DNA of 63,737 bases, the filler included, from an uncultured Methanosarcinales archaeon (GTDB taxonomy: Archaea > Nanobdellota > Nanobdellia > Woesearchaeales > UBA12501): assembly GCA_964397315.1 (NCBI GenBank). It is 5 parts of 5 records of this genome, joined end to end, with 100 filler letters (N's around TTAATTAATTAA, not from the genome) between each part and the next. Parts side by side here need not be neighbours in the genome. Positions count along the whole stretch, not along the records: positions 29,414 to 42,458 come from CAYNHV010000031.1; positions 42,559 to 55,417 come from CAYNHV010000032.1; 3 more parts are not named here. One strand, written 5' to 3'. Position 1 is the stretch's first letter; every line of letters starts with the position of its first letter. The translations under genes and the position numbers were made by a program. The notes under the pieces were generated by a model, which was given only the letters and a program-made list of their open reading frames with translations, ran no database searches and was not told the origin of the DNA. This document shows, piece by piece, positions 40,454 through 49,681 of the stretch.

Positions 40454-40924
40454 ATGGATGTCTCAAAAATACTTAAGCTCGCCATATCAGTAACAATCTG
40501 CCAGGCCGCGGGCATTCTCGGCGCAGCTTCAACATCAGCAGGAGGATGGTATGACAGCCTTGCAAAGCCTTTCTTCACACCTCCATCATGGGTTTTCGGG
40601 CCTGCATGGATAGCACTCTACCTCCTCATGGGAATCTCGCTCTATCTTGTGTGGCAGACTGGCGCAGAATCAAAACAGAAGAAAAAAGCCATCATAGTTT
40701 TTGCAGTCCAGCTCGCGCTTAATGCTGCGTGGTCTCCATTGTTCTTCGGCATCAGATCGCCTGCAGCAGGGCTGGCTGACATTGCTCTTCTGCTGCCTGC
40801 AATACTCATGACAATGCTTCTCTTCTGGAGGGTTGAGAGGAAAGCATCTCTGCTGTTACTGCCCTACTTGCTGTGGACCGGGTTTGCCCTTGCCCTGAAC
40901 CTCTCCATTGTCCTGATGAACTGA
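40454..40924 (+). CDS. tspO: TspO/MBR family protein
   Basis: WYDSLAKPFFTPPSWVFGPAW, LNAAWSPLFFG, LLLPYLLW. Confidence 0.93.
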   Translation: MDVSKILKLAISVTICQAAGILGAASTSAGGWYDSLAKPFFTPPSWVFGPAWIALYLLMGISLYLVWQTGAESKQKKKAIIVFAVQLALNAAWSPLFFGIRSPAAGLADIALLLPAILMTMLLFWRVERKASLLLLPYLLWTGFALALNLSIVLMN

Positions 40925-40972
40925 CAATTGAAGTCCAAAACCTTTATATACTTCGCACACCTATACAATTTT

Positions 40973-41857
40973 ATGGCAGGGAAAAACAGGGGCGGCAGGA
41001 AAAAGAAAAGCAAGAGCAGGAAAAAGGCAGAAAAAAAGCAGCCTGAAAAAGAGCCGGAAGAGACACCTGAAGAATCCTATTCTGAGGAGGTTGTCCCTGA
41101 GGAGCAGAAGGAGCTGGATGAGGCAGAAGAGGATGCAGGAGAGAGCAAAAAAGAAGACACTGGAAGGAGCAACAGACTCAGGATATTTCTCATGCTGCTT
41201 GTCATAGCAGGCCTGTTCATACCAATAAGCGCTTATGTTGAGATGAATGTGGCATCTGAGCGTAATGTGAGAGAGGCTGTAACAAGCACAGCAATTAATG
41301 TTTGCGAGATGGAAGAGTCAAATCCTGCTGAGAACTGCGCAAAGCCGCGGCTCTCCTCAACAATGTTCACAGAGGAGTACACGTACCAGGATGTGATTGA
41401 TGACGCCACAAACCTCATATACTACGGCGGAGGCAGGGCAACAGACAAGCTCACCCAGGCCCAGAAGAATTTTGTCAGCATATACAGGCTAAAGAACTTC
41501 CATGGATACTCGTACTACGCGCTCTTCTGTGCCATACTCGCCCTTATAGGGATTGTATCCCTCGCCGCGCTATACAGGGGAAGGGATGTTCTTGCAGGAA
41601 CCTTCATGACAGTAGTCAATGCAACCCTGTTCCTGCTCTTCCTGCTCCACACCATAATATTCATAATCTGGACAGGCTGTGTTCCAAGGGTTATGTCAGC
41701 CCTCGCAAGAAGCTCCGGGGAGTCCCTTAAGGTGCTGGTCTTCGGAGCTGACTTCGGCTTCAGCCTTGCAAAGCTCCACCTTGTCACAGCAGCAGTATCC
41801 CTTGTTCTCCTGATAATCATCATAATCATAAGAAAGGCAAGGAACAGGGGAGTATGA
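40973..41857 (+). CDS. Hypothetical multi-pass membrane protein
   Basis: Charged N-terminus, four hydrophobic segments. Confidence 0.7.
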   Translation: MAGKNRGGRKKKSKSRKKAEKKQPEKEPEETPEESYSEEVVPEEQKELDEAEEDAGESKKEDTGRSNRLRIFLMLLVIAGLFIPISAYVEMNVASERNVREAVTSTAINVCEMEESNPAENCAKPRLSSTMFTEEYTYQDVIDDATNLIYYGGGRATDKLTQAQKNFVSIYRLKNFHGYSYYALFCAILALIGIVSLAALYRGRDVLAGTFMTVVNATLFLLFLLHTIIFIIWTGCVPRVMSALARSSGESLKVLVFGADFGFSLAKLHLVTAAVSLVLLIIIIIIRKARNRGV

Positions 41858-42057
41858 TGGACTGGCTATGGCCCGCAGCAGGGCTTGGGACAGGCTTTGT
41901 TCTCGGGCTTGTGACGGGTTTCTGGATTGCAAGGCTCGGACAGGCAAGGCGCGAGAGGAAGCACAGGAGGTTCAGGAAGCTGGCAGGTTTTATAATATCA
42001 CTGCTTGCAATAGCTGCATTAGTGGGCATTATTGCATTCATGATTCTCAAAGGATGA
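41854..42057 (+). CDS. Small two-TM protein
   Basis: Two hydrophobic helices with basic loop; ATGA coupling. Confidence 0.55.
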   Translation: MMDWLWPAAGLGTGFVLGLVTGFWIARLGQARRERKHRRFRKLAGFIISLLAIAALVGIIAFMILKG

Positions 42058-42059
42058 TG

Positions 42060-42405
42060 GAGTTTGTTTATTCTTACAACTCATAGTACTTCCCAGACTG
42101 ATAATATGTTTGCGATAATAACTCCCGGTAATTCCTGGGGATAATAAGTTTGTGCTGGCCCTTCCAGGTACTTCCCTCCCTTTCTGCACAATCGCTTAGC
42201 AGGCTTACACCTTCCAAAACAGCACAACTTCCCTCTTCTGCCTCCAATAAGCCATCCCATTAATATGCTTAAAACGCTCTGTTGGAGTTGGTGCTCTCAA
42301 ACTGTTGAAGGGAGGGTGGGCTTTGTCCATATGTAACTGCGACTGGGGCGGTGGAGAACTCTGGAGAAATCCCCTTTTTTTACAATGAGCATTATTCTTA
42401 GAATT
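42060..42405 (+). repeat. Dispersed non-coding element, copy D
   Basis: Core CTGCCTCCAATAAGCC..ATGCTTAAAACGCTCTGTTGGAGTTGGTGC, three degenerate units upstream. Confidence 0.85.
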
Positions 42406-42406
42406 T

Positions 42407-42458
42407 TAGAAGCTGAGCTTTCCACCAGTCTTTGACTGGTGGCGTAAAAAACTTATTC
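42407..42458 (+). mobile_element. End of multicopy element with hairpin CCACCAGTC-TTT-GACTGGTGG (IS200/IS605-like)
   Basis: 52 nt identical to the reverse complement of 42562-42613. Confidence 0.6.
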
Positions 42459-42558
42459 NNNNNNNNNNNNNNNNNNNNNNNNNNNNNNNNNNNNNNNNNN
42501 NNTTAATTAATTAANNNNNNNNNNNNNNNNNNNNNNNNNNNNNNNNNNNNNNNNNNNN
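42459..42558. other. Artificial contig linker
   Basis: 100-nt N/TTAATTAATTAA. Confidence 0.97.
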
Positions 42559-42561
42559 CTA

Positions 42562-42613
42562 GAATAAGTTTTTTACGCCACCAGTCAAAGACTGGTGGAA
42601 AGCTCAGCTTCTA
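42562..42613 (-). mobile_element. Second copy of the hairpin element end
   Basis: Reverse complement of 42407-42458; supplies the stop codon of ORF 42585-42818. Confidence 0.6.
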
Positions 42614-42818
42614 GAGTCATGTGAGGATCATTTCTGAATTCCTGTCTAAAAACTTTTACAAACTTATTATCTGAAGTTAAATAGTATTCATCAAAATAAC
42701 CTATCTCATTCTCAATTAAGGGTATTTTCTCTGACAGCACATTAGCTTCTTTTAGGAGTTCTTCGATATTCGGCTTTCCTGTAAGATCGATGATTGACAT
42801 TCTTATATGCAATACCAT
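42585..42818 (-). pseudogene. Hypothetical gene truncated by element insertion
   Basis: Last ~9 codons derive from the repeat; AT-rich ORF. Confidence 0.5.
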
Positions 42819-43008
42819 ATTCCATATTTAAATCTTTCTATTTTTATCTACTATTTAGTAATAACGTTATTCATTACTTTATAGACAGGAGATTATAATT
42901 CAACCATGCGCCCAAAAAACCCTCAAAAACAGAGGATATGCTGTTGAGGACACCCCACAAGGGCCGGGGGTGAAGAGGATTTAATTCTATGAAAGGCATT
43001 GCTGTAAC

Positions 43009-43135
43009 AAAAATCCGCAGCTCACGGTTAATAGGCTAAAGCCTATGGTTTTGCGCTGCCGCTTTTGGCAGGCGGATTCTTGGAGCTTTTAAAAGCCTTC
43101 ATCTCCGCACTGAAGTGCGGAGCTTCCGGCTTATT
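43009..43135 (+). repeat. Hairpin-rich IS200/IS605-like remnant
   Basis: GCGGATT..AAAAGCCTTCATCT-hairpin-CGGCTT homologous to the reverse complement of 59404-59465. Confidence 0.6.
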
Positions 43136-43283
43136 AAAAGTAATCTTTTTGAAACATGGCCAAAAGAAGCGCCTCTGCCCGTATTTGACAGGTATTACCC
43201 AATAAAACCACAAAAATTATATATTATTATGGACTATCAAGAGTATTATTATAAAAGAGATTCGCGGGGCAAGGAGGCTCAAT

Positions 43284-43985
43284 ATGGGGGTTATACTACA
43301 GTTAAAAATTGCAGTGGAATGGATTTCCCCTGAAATATGGAGAAGATTTCTAGTTAAAGACAAAATAAGCTTTGAGGATTTGCACAATATAATCCAGGTC
43401 ATTATGGGGTGGGAAAATTACCATATGTTTGAATTCCAGGTAGGTGATGAAGTAATCACTTCTGATGAAGAAGAACCATTTAATGCGGCGGAGAGCTGTT
43501 TGCATAAACTCGTTGAATCTCCTGAATTCCATAAGATGATGGAACAAGAGGATCTGAGCAGAGGCTCAGCATCTTTGGATGTAGACAAGTTAAATAAGAT
43601 TCTTAAGAATGCGGAGAAAAACCAGACCAAAAGTAAGTTTAATGTGGCCGCCAAAATTGGCGAACTTATAAAATCAGAAGGCCAGAAATTTGCTTACCTC
43701 TATGATTTTGGTGATAATTGGGTGCATAGCATTATTGTAGAGAAAATACTGGATGAAAAAGAGGCGGGCGGGGCTCCGGTATGCCTGGCTGGTGAACGTG
43801 CCTGCCCCCCTGAAGATTGCGGAAGCGTGGAAGGCTATTATGAACTGTTAAAAATACAAAAGAACAAAAAACATCCCAGATACAGAGAAATGATAGCTGA
43901 ATGGCTTGGTGAAGATTTTGATTTTGAAGTGTTTGATATCAAAATGGTGAATAAAGAGCTGAAAACCATTGCAGGGATAAAATGA
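43284..43985 (+). CDS. Plasmid pRiA4b ORF-3 family protein
   Basis: PEIWRRF, MGWENYHMFEF, YLYDFGDNWVH, GERACPPEDCG. Confidence 0.9.
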   Translation: MGVILQLKIAVEWISPEIWRRFLVKDKISFEDLHNIIQVIMGWENYHMFEFQVGDEVITSDEEEPFNAAESCLHKLVESPEFHKMMEQEDLSRGSASLDVDKLNKILKNAEKNQTKSKFNVAAKIGELIKSEGQKFAYLYDFGDNWVHSIIVEKILDEKEAGGAPVCLAGERACPPEDCGSVEGYYELLKIQKNKKHPRYREMIAEWLGEDFDFEVFDIKMVNKELKTIAGIK

Positions 43986-44248
43986 AGGAATCTCAAAACT
44001 TAGAAGAGAATAATGGCTTCTGGTCAGAGGGTTATTTTGCAGAGACAATGGACCCTCGGGAATGGAAGAAAAGGAAAAGGACTTTTTCAATGGGGCATGA
44101 TGAAGAGATGAATTATAACTGCAAGAGATGTAATAAAAAGATATCTGCCCATAATAAAGACTGGCATGATGGAATGTGCGACAGCTGCTTTGATAAAGAA
44201 TACCATCAAGAATTTGATGAAACCCAAAAGACCCTACTTGATATGTGA
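43982..44248 (+). CDS. Hypothetical Zn-binding protein
   Basis: CKRC..HNKDWHDGMCDSC. Confidence 0.6.
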   Translation: MKESQNLEENNGFWSEGYFAETMDPREWKKRKRTFSMGHDEEMNYNCKRCNKKISAHNKDWHDGMCDSCFDKEYHQEFDETQKTLLDM

Positions 44249-44390
44249 TTCAGAGCCATCCACCCATTTTTCCTCAACAAAGCTTATATTCCTGATCTTA
44301 TCAATCCCTGTAGAAAGAGAGTCATCCGCAAAAGTCTTTTCATGGGAGAAGACAGACATCGCCCCTAAGCTCAAAGCGGATGCAGACGGA

Positions 44391-44441
44391 ATGCCCGGCT
44401 CTGAGAAGGAGGGAGAAGAGGTTCCTCTGGACGGGCAGTGA
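44391..44441 (+). repeat. 51-bp direct repeat copy 1 (encodes MPGSEKEGEEVPLDGQ*)
   Basis: 46/51 identical to 45259-45309. Confidence 0.85.
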
Positions 44442-44473
44442 AGCTTTTTTATTATCTCTTTTTATTCAGGATT

Positions 44474-44818
44474 TCATTTATAACCCATCAGTTTATTGTA
44501 TTCCTTGTGGTCTGCAATAGTCAGAACAAATAAGAATATCTCTATTTTATTGCCTTCAACTGTGTATAGCATTCTCCAGTAATTTGATAATTCAATCCTG
44601 TAAAGATTATGTACTCCATGTTTTACAAATTCTTTGGGTATAAGTCTCTTTGGTATTGGGTCACCATATTGAGGATTATCCTTCAGTATATCCTTTATCC
44701 TTCTTATTGAATTAAGTATGCTTTTTGCTTCTCTATCATTTCTTTTCTTCAGCTTGATATAGCTTTCTTTTGCCCTGTCTTTCAGTAATATCCTGACCTC
44801 TTTTCCAAGAAACATCAT
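44474..44818 (-). CDS. RelE-like toxin
   Basis: NPQYGDPIPK..NLYRIELSNYWRMLYT..DHKEYNKL. Confidence 0.7.
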   Translation of the reverse strand: MMFLGKEVRILLKDRAKESYIKLKKRNDREAKSILNSIRRIKDILKDNPQYGDPIPKRLIPKEFVKHGVHNLYRIELSNYWRMLYTVEGNKIEIFLFVLTIADHKEYNKLMGYK

Positions 44819-45123
44819 CAGATCTCCACAGTGTTCTCAAGCATCTTCTTGAGATGCTCCGGCTCGCTGTATATCCACTGAACACCTTTTGGTCCGTATA
44901 TAATCTTTCCGCTCCTGAAAAGGTATTCAAGTATTATCTTGAGAGTCTGGTGCATAACCTGTCTGGGGAGCTTTTTCCTTATCTCAGATATCTTCATGGG
45001 CATATCCCTGTGTTTCTTTAGGAAATCCTCTACCATCAGCACAGTATTAAGGTTAGGATACCTGAAAGCCTTATGATCCTTTCTTTTAATCATTTCAGTG
45101 TTGGTAAATTCCAGTCTTTGCAT
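44818..45123 (-). CDS. Putative wHTH antitoxin
   Basis: PNLNTVLMVE..LPRQVMHQTLKIILEYL; coupled to the toxin gene. Confidence 0.6.
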   Translation of the reverse strand: MQRLEFTNTEMIKRKDHKAFRYPNLNTVLMVEDFLKKHRDMPMKISEIRKKLPRQVMHQTLKIILEYLFRSGKIIYGPKGVQWIYSEPEHLKKMLENTVEI

Positions 45124-45258
45124 ATTTATTCCCCTTTCATATCAACTGATACCTATAATGTATCAATTAGTATATAAATGTTTCGGTTTTTGTGAAAATG
45201 CCCTTGCTAAAGGCAATGTCAATGTTTCTGCTTATCTGATGGAGCTGGGGCTGACAGC

Positions 45259-45309
45259 ATGCCCGGCTCTGAGAAAGAAGGTGAGGAGGTTCCGCTGGAC
45301 GGGCAGTGA
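45259..45309 (+). repeat. 51-bp direct repeat copy 2
   Basis: Same peptide, five synonymous differences. Confidence 0.85.
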
Positions 45310-45343
45310 GAATATTTTCTTTTGTTTTTTTTACTTTTATTGT

Positions 45344-45853
45344 TTAATCATATTTTACAAAAAACTGAGCGTTCTTTCTGTCAAACATGGAGGGCATTAT
45401 TGAAAACTCTTTAGGCAGATCACCTTCACTTATCAGATTTATATCATGCACAAAATAAACCCCATTGGATTTAAGAACCCTGTTAACTTCCCAAATCATC
45501 CTGTTAACATCATAACTGACATCTGAGTAACCCTGGTCAAGTATGCATGTTGATACAACTGCATCAAATGTATGATCAGCAAAAGGGATGTGCTGGAAGT
45601 CTGCTTTGACTATATCTGCTGAAGGAACTGACTCTTTTGCTATCTTTACCATTCTCTGACTCTTATCAATGCCATACAGTTCTGTATCAGGATACTTTTC
45701 TGCAATCTTGTTAAGCATATATCCTTCTCCGCATCCTATATCAAGAATCCTGCTGCCTGGCTCAACAATACTTTCAAGCCCTAAATCTCTCATTCCTGTA
45801 CTGAGAAGGCGCATTGTGCTCCTTATTCTTGCTGCTTCATATTTTGGTATCAT
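45344..45853 (-). CDS. Class I SAM-dependent methyltransferase
   Basis: ILDIGCGEG, PFADHTFDAV, RVLKSNG. Confidence 0.85.
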   Translation of the reverse strand: MIPKYEAARIRSTMRLLSTGMRDLGLESIVEPGSRILDIGCGEGYMLNKIAEKYPDTELYGIDKSQRMVKIAKESVPSADIVKADFQHIPFADHTFDAVVSTCILDQGYSDVSYDVNRMIWEVNRVLKSNGVYFVHDINLISEGDLPKEFSIMPSMFDRKNAQFFVKYD

Positions 45854-45964
45854 GTCTGTTCTTACTGATTTCTAATATATAAATCTTTCTCTTTTAGTTA
45901 CTATATGATGGTTACAGTGGGATGTTCCACAATATTTAAATATCCATATACGCAACTGAGGGGC

Positions 45965-47131
45965 ATGTGCGGCATAATAGGCTATGTTGGCCAAAAACAG
46001 GCTTATGATATACTTCTCAAAGGCCTCAAGAGGCCTGAATACAATGGCTATGATTCTGCAGGCATAAGTATTATTGATAGAAAATCAGGCTTTATTATGC
46101 CTAATACCTCCAGTGAGAACATAAGTTTGAATGAAAATAATCATTACTTTATGTATGGACACACAGGGTGGGCTATAGGAAGATTTAAAAAGTCTAATCA
46201 TTCCCTTGATCCAGAAAAATTTGAGAAGAAAGATGATTCTATGAATATACTAAACCTGATTGAAAAAGAGAACTATTATGCTAGGGTCACTGAGGGATTT
46301 CAAGGACTTTTAGATAATAAGACAAAAACCCATAAAAAAATATGCAATGAATTAGGAATTTCTGCCAGAACTTTCTATCGTATGAGAAAACATAAAGGTC
46401 ATTGGTGTAATCTGGAAATCTTGTTTAATATTTCAAGACTATTACAAATAGAAGATAGTTTGCTTATAAATAATATCAATGAGATTAAGACAAAAAACTC
46501 ATTCCCTATAACTCCCATTGAAATAAAATTAAATGATTCTTTGGGAAGGATATTGGGTCATATTCTTGGAGATGGTGGCATTCATGTTAATAAGACGGAG
46601 AGAAAATATCGCGTATTTTATGTTAATAATGAAGAGAGGCTTCTAGATAGATTTAAGCTGGATGTTGAGAATGTATTTGGAGGAAAATCTTTATATTTCA
46701 GAAAAAGAAAGAGCCATGGGGATGAAATCTGGATTTTTTCTTCATTGGGTTTTGTGTTATATGGGCTATTAGATTATGATAAACATATAAATAAAAGAGT
46801 GCCTCTTCTTATAAAGAATTCAGAAGACAAGAGATTTATAGGATCTTTTCTGCAGGCCTTATATGACGATGATGGATTTCTTTACTCTGATAAAAAGATG
46901 ATTGTAATATCCCTTGTTAATCAAAATTTACTGAATGATATACGAAGATTGATAATAAAACTCGGAATCAAGCCAAATAAGGTTTTAATTCATGAATCCA
47001 AGAATAGAAGCAGAATGTATTACTTTTCAATAACAGGAAGAGAGAATATAGTCTGCTTTAAGAAGAGAATAGGTTTTATGCACCCAGTAAAGAAGGACAA
47101 ACTGAATAGGCTATTAGAAAGTTACAAGTGA
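45965..47131 (+). CDS. Free-standing LAGLIDADG endonuclease fused to a degenerate GlmS N-terminus
   Basis: [27 protein letters not shown], then an [13 protein letters not shown] and [10 protein letters not shown] motifs; AT-rich. Confidence 0.85.
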   Translation: MCGIIGYVGQKQAYDILLKGLKRPEYNGYDSAGISIIDRKSGFIMPNTSSENISLNENNHYFMYGHTGWAIGRFKKSNHSLDPEKFEKKDDSMNILNLIEKENYYARVTEGFQGLLDNKTKTHKKICNELGISARTFYRMRKHKGHWCNLEILFNISRLLQIEDSLLINNINEIKTKNSFPITPIEIKLNDSLGRILGHILGDGGIHVNKTERKYRVFYVNNEERLLDRFKLDVENVFGGKSLYFRKRKSHGDEIWIFSSLGFVLYGLLDYDKHINKRVPLLIKNSEDKRFIGSFLQALYDDDGFLYSDKKMIVISLVNQNLLNDIRRLIIKLGIKPNKVLIHESKNRSRMYYFSITGRENIVCFKKRIGFMHPVKKDKLNRLLESYK

Positions 47132-47135
47132 TAAT

Positions 47136-48875
47136 ATGTGCGGAATAGCAGGATACATTGGAAGAAGAAAAGCAAGTGGAATATTACTTAACGCTCTTAA
47201 AAGATTGGAGTATAGGGGTTATGATTCTGTAGGTATAGCAACAATGTCTAATAAGAAAATAGATGTCAAAAAGGATATTGGCAGAGTTGAAGATGTTAAC
47301 AAGAGATTGCATCTTGGAGAAATGAAAGGGACTGTAGGAATAGCTCATACTCGTTGGGCCACCACAGGTATACCTTCCCAGACGAACGCCCATCCCCACA
47401 TGGACTGCACTGGAGACATTGCAGTTGTCCACAATGGCATAATAGAAAACTTTCTTGAGCTCAGGCAGAAGCTCAAGAATCACAATTTCCAGTCTGAGAC
47501 TGATTCTGAAGTCATTGCTCATATTATAGAGCAGAACTACACCGGAGATATTAAGCAGGCAGTAATGGATACACTGTCTGAACTCTATGGAACATATGCA
47601 TTATGTGTAATGCACAAGGATCATGATAAGATTATTGTGGCAAGGAACGGAAGCCCGATCGTGATAGGTGTAGGAGATAATGAGAACCTTGTTGCAAGTG
47701 ATGTATCAGCTCTTGTTGAGCATACAAAAAAGGTCATATATCTTGATGATCTTGAGACAGCAGTGCTCAAGAAAGACAGTGTTGAGGTGTCTGACAGGAA
47801 CGGAAAAAAGACTGACAAGAAGATAACAGATATTGATTGGGACCTTACACTGGCAGAGAAAGCAGGGTACAAGCATTTCATGCTGAAGGAGATCAACGAG
47901 CAGCCTGATGTCATAAGAAACACCCTGAATGTTGAGATGCCTGAGATAAAGGATGACTACAGGAACATATTCATAGTTGCGTGCGGAACAGCATTCCATG
48001 CAGGTCTTGCAGGAAAGTACATAATAGAGAAGCATGCAAAGATTCCGGTAATAGTTGATTCTGCTTCAGAATTCAGGTACAGGGATCCGATCATAGGAAA
48101 GGAAGACCTGTTCATAGCAATATCCCAGTCAGGAGAGACAGCAGACACTCTTGAAGCTCTCAGGCTTGCAAAGAAGAAAGGCGCAAAGACACTGGGAATA
48201 ATCAATGTGATGAACTCCACAATAGCAAGAGAGAGCGATGAAGTTGTCTATACAAGAGCAGGCATGGAGATAGGTGTTGCATCAACAAAAGCATATACCT
48301 CACAGCTCATTGTGCTTTACATGCTGGCAGAAAAGCTTGCAGGAAAGAGCATTGAAGGCATTCAGTCACTCGCATCCTCTGTGCAGGACATACTTGATGG
48401 AAACCACATACATGATGTTGCAAAGAGATACTTCAGAGTCTATAACTTCCTCTTCATAGGAAGGAATTTCAATTATCCCACAGCCCTTGAAGGGGCCCTC
48501 AAGCTCAAGGAGATATCATACATACACGCAGAAGGCTACGGCGCAGGAGAGATGAAGCACGGCCCTATTGCCCTTGTCACAGACCAGGTCCCCACTGTTG
48601 CGATCGCCCCAAAGGATAGTGTGTATCCGAAGATGGTCAGCAATATGCAGGAGATAAAGGCAAGGAATGGAAAGATAATTGCAGTGGCCACAAAAGGGGA
48701 TAAAAGCATAGAGAAATACGCAGATGATGTGATATACATACCAGAGGCAGAGGAGATGCTCTATCCTGTTCTTGCAGTTGTTCCTCTGCAGCTGCTGGCC
48801 TACCACATAGCAGACATGAGAGACTGTGATGTGGACAAACCGAGGAATCTGGCAAAGAGCGTTACAGTTGAGTGA
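47136..48875 (+). CDS. glmS: Glutamine-fructose-6-phosphate transaminase
   Basis: MCGIAG, LEYRGYDS, AHTRWAT, SQSGETADT, VDKPRNLAKSVTVE. Confidence 0.97.
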   Translation: MCGIAGYIGRRKASGILLNALKRLEYRGYDSVGIATMSNKKIDVKKDIGRVEDVNKRLHLGEMKGTVGIAHTRWATTGIPSQTNAHPHMDCTGDIAVVHNGIIENFLELRQKLKNHNFQSETDSEVIAHIIEQNYTGDIKQAVMDTLSELYGTYALCVMHKDHDKIIVARNGSPIVIGVGDNENLVASDVSALVEHTKKVIYLDDLETAVLKKDSVEVSDRNGKKTDKKITDIDWDLTLAEKAGYKHFMLKEINEQPDVIRNTLNVEMPEIKDDYRNIFIVACGTAFHAGLAGKYIIEKHAKIPVIVDSASEFRYRDPIIGKEDLFIAISQSGETADTLEALRLAKKKGAKTLGIINVMNSTIARESDEVVYTRAGMEIGVASTKAYTSQLIVLYMLAEKLAGKSIEGIQSLASSVQDILDGNHIHDVAKRYFRVYNFLFIGRNFNYPTALEGALKLKEISYIHAEGYGAGEMKHGPIALVTDQVPTVAIAPKDSVYPKMVSNMQEIKARNGKIIAVATKGDKSIEKYADDVIYIPEAEEMLYPVLAVVPLQLLAYHIADMRDCDVDKPRNLAKSVTVE

Positions 48876-49051
48876 TTTTTCTGATTAGAATCTAGTTACA
48901 ATGATTATTCAGAGGGCTTCTGACTAAAGGAAAGAATGCCCTCCTTGATTGCTGGGTCAAGGAAGAAGATCCTTGGTGGACAAGCTAAGGAATTTAGCTA
49001 AAAGTGTTACAGTAAAATGAAACTCTAATTATGGCATCTGCTCTCTCTGTT

Positions 49052-49681
49052 TCAGAGCAATTCAATCCCGTCCCTTATTATCTCATTAACCAGTGAATGC
49101 TTTGATTTCCTGAGCTTCTCAAACTCCTGCTCAGTGAATGAGTGCATCTGAATATTTTTCTTGAATCTCTTCTCAATCCTTTCTGCAATCTGCTCCAGCA
49201 TCAAGTCATCTTCAGCCTTTATTTTTTTCTCTGTGATTATGCAGAGGTCAATATCTGAATCCTTTCTGTACCTTGTCTTTACAGATGAGCCAAAGAGGCT
49301 TATTTTCCTGGGCTCTATTACATCCAGGCACATCCTTGTGAATTCCCTCAATATTATTGATATCTCAAGACCCAGGTTGTTCAGTTTTTCTTTTTCCAGC
49401 CTGCATAACTCGCTTATCAGCGCTGTGAATTTATTGGCAAGATTCAGTTTGTAGTATATTTTTTTGCCGTCTTTTGCTGATTTAATTATGTCAAATTCTT
49501 TCAGGATTTTCAGGGTGTCTGTGAGTGATTTTGAGCCCAGCCTGGTGAATCTTTTAATTTCTTCCCTAGTTATGCCTCTTCCAGGCACATCCGAAAGAAC
49601 AGCAAGAATCCTCCATGCTGATTTTGATCCCATACAGATGTCAAGCAGCATTTTTATGGTCATCCTCTTCTGGTTTTTCAT
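49052..49681 (-). CDS. wHTH plus minimal nucleotidyltransferase (MNT antitoxin)
   Basis: LFGSS..DSDIDLC; N-terminal wHTH. Confidence 0.85.
   Translation of the reverse strand: MKNQKRMTIKMLLDICMGSKSAWRILAVLSDVPGRGITREEIKRFTRLGSKSLTDTLKILKEFDIIKSAKDGKKIYYKLNLANKFTALISELCRLEKEKLNNLGLEISIILREFTRMCLDVIEPRKISLFGSSVKTRYRKDSDIDLCIITEKKIKAEDDLMLEQIAERIEKRFKKNIQMHSFTEQEFEKLRKSKHSLVNEIIRDGIELL

Noticed and set aside
42407..42613. Large inverted repeat or cruciform spanning the gap
   Set aside because: The arms lie on different contigs joined artificially; better explained as two copies of one repeat end
45965..48875. Intein-containing GlmS
   Set aside because: Stop codon before a complete second glmS start, no C-terminal His-Asn, and the upstream GlmS segment is degenerate
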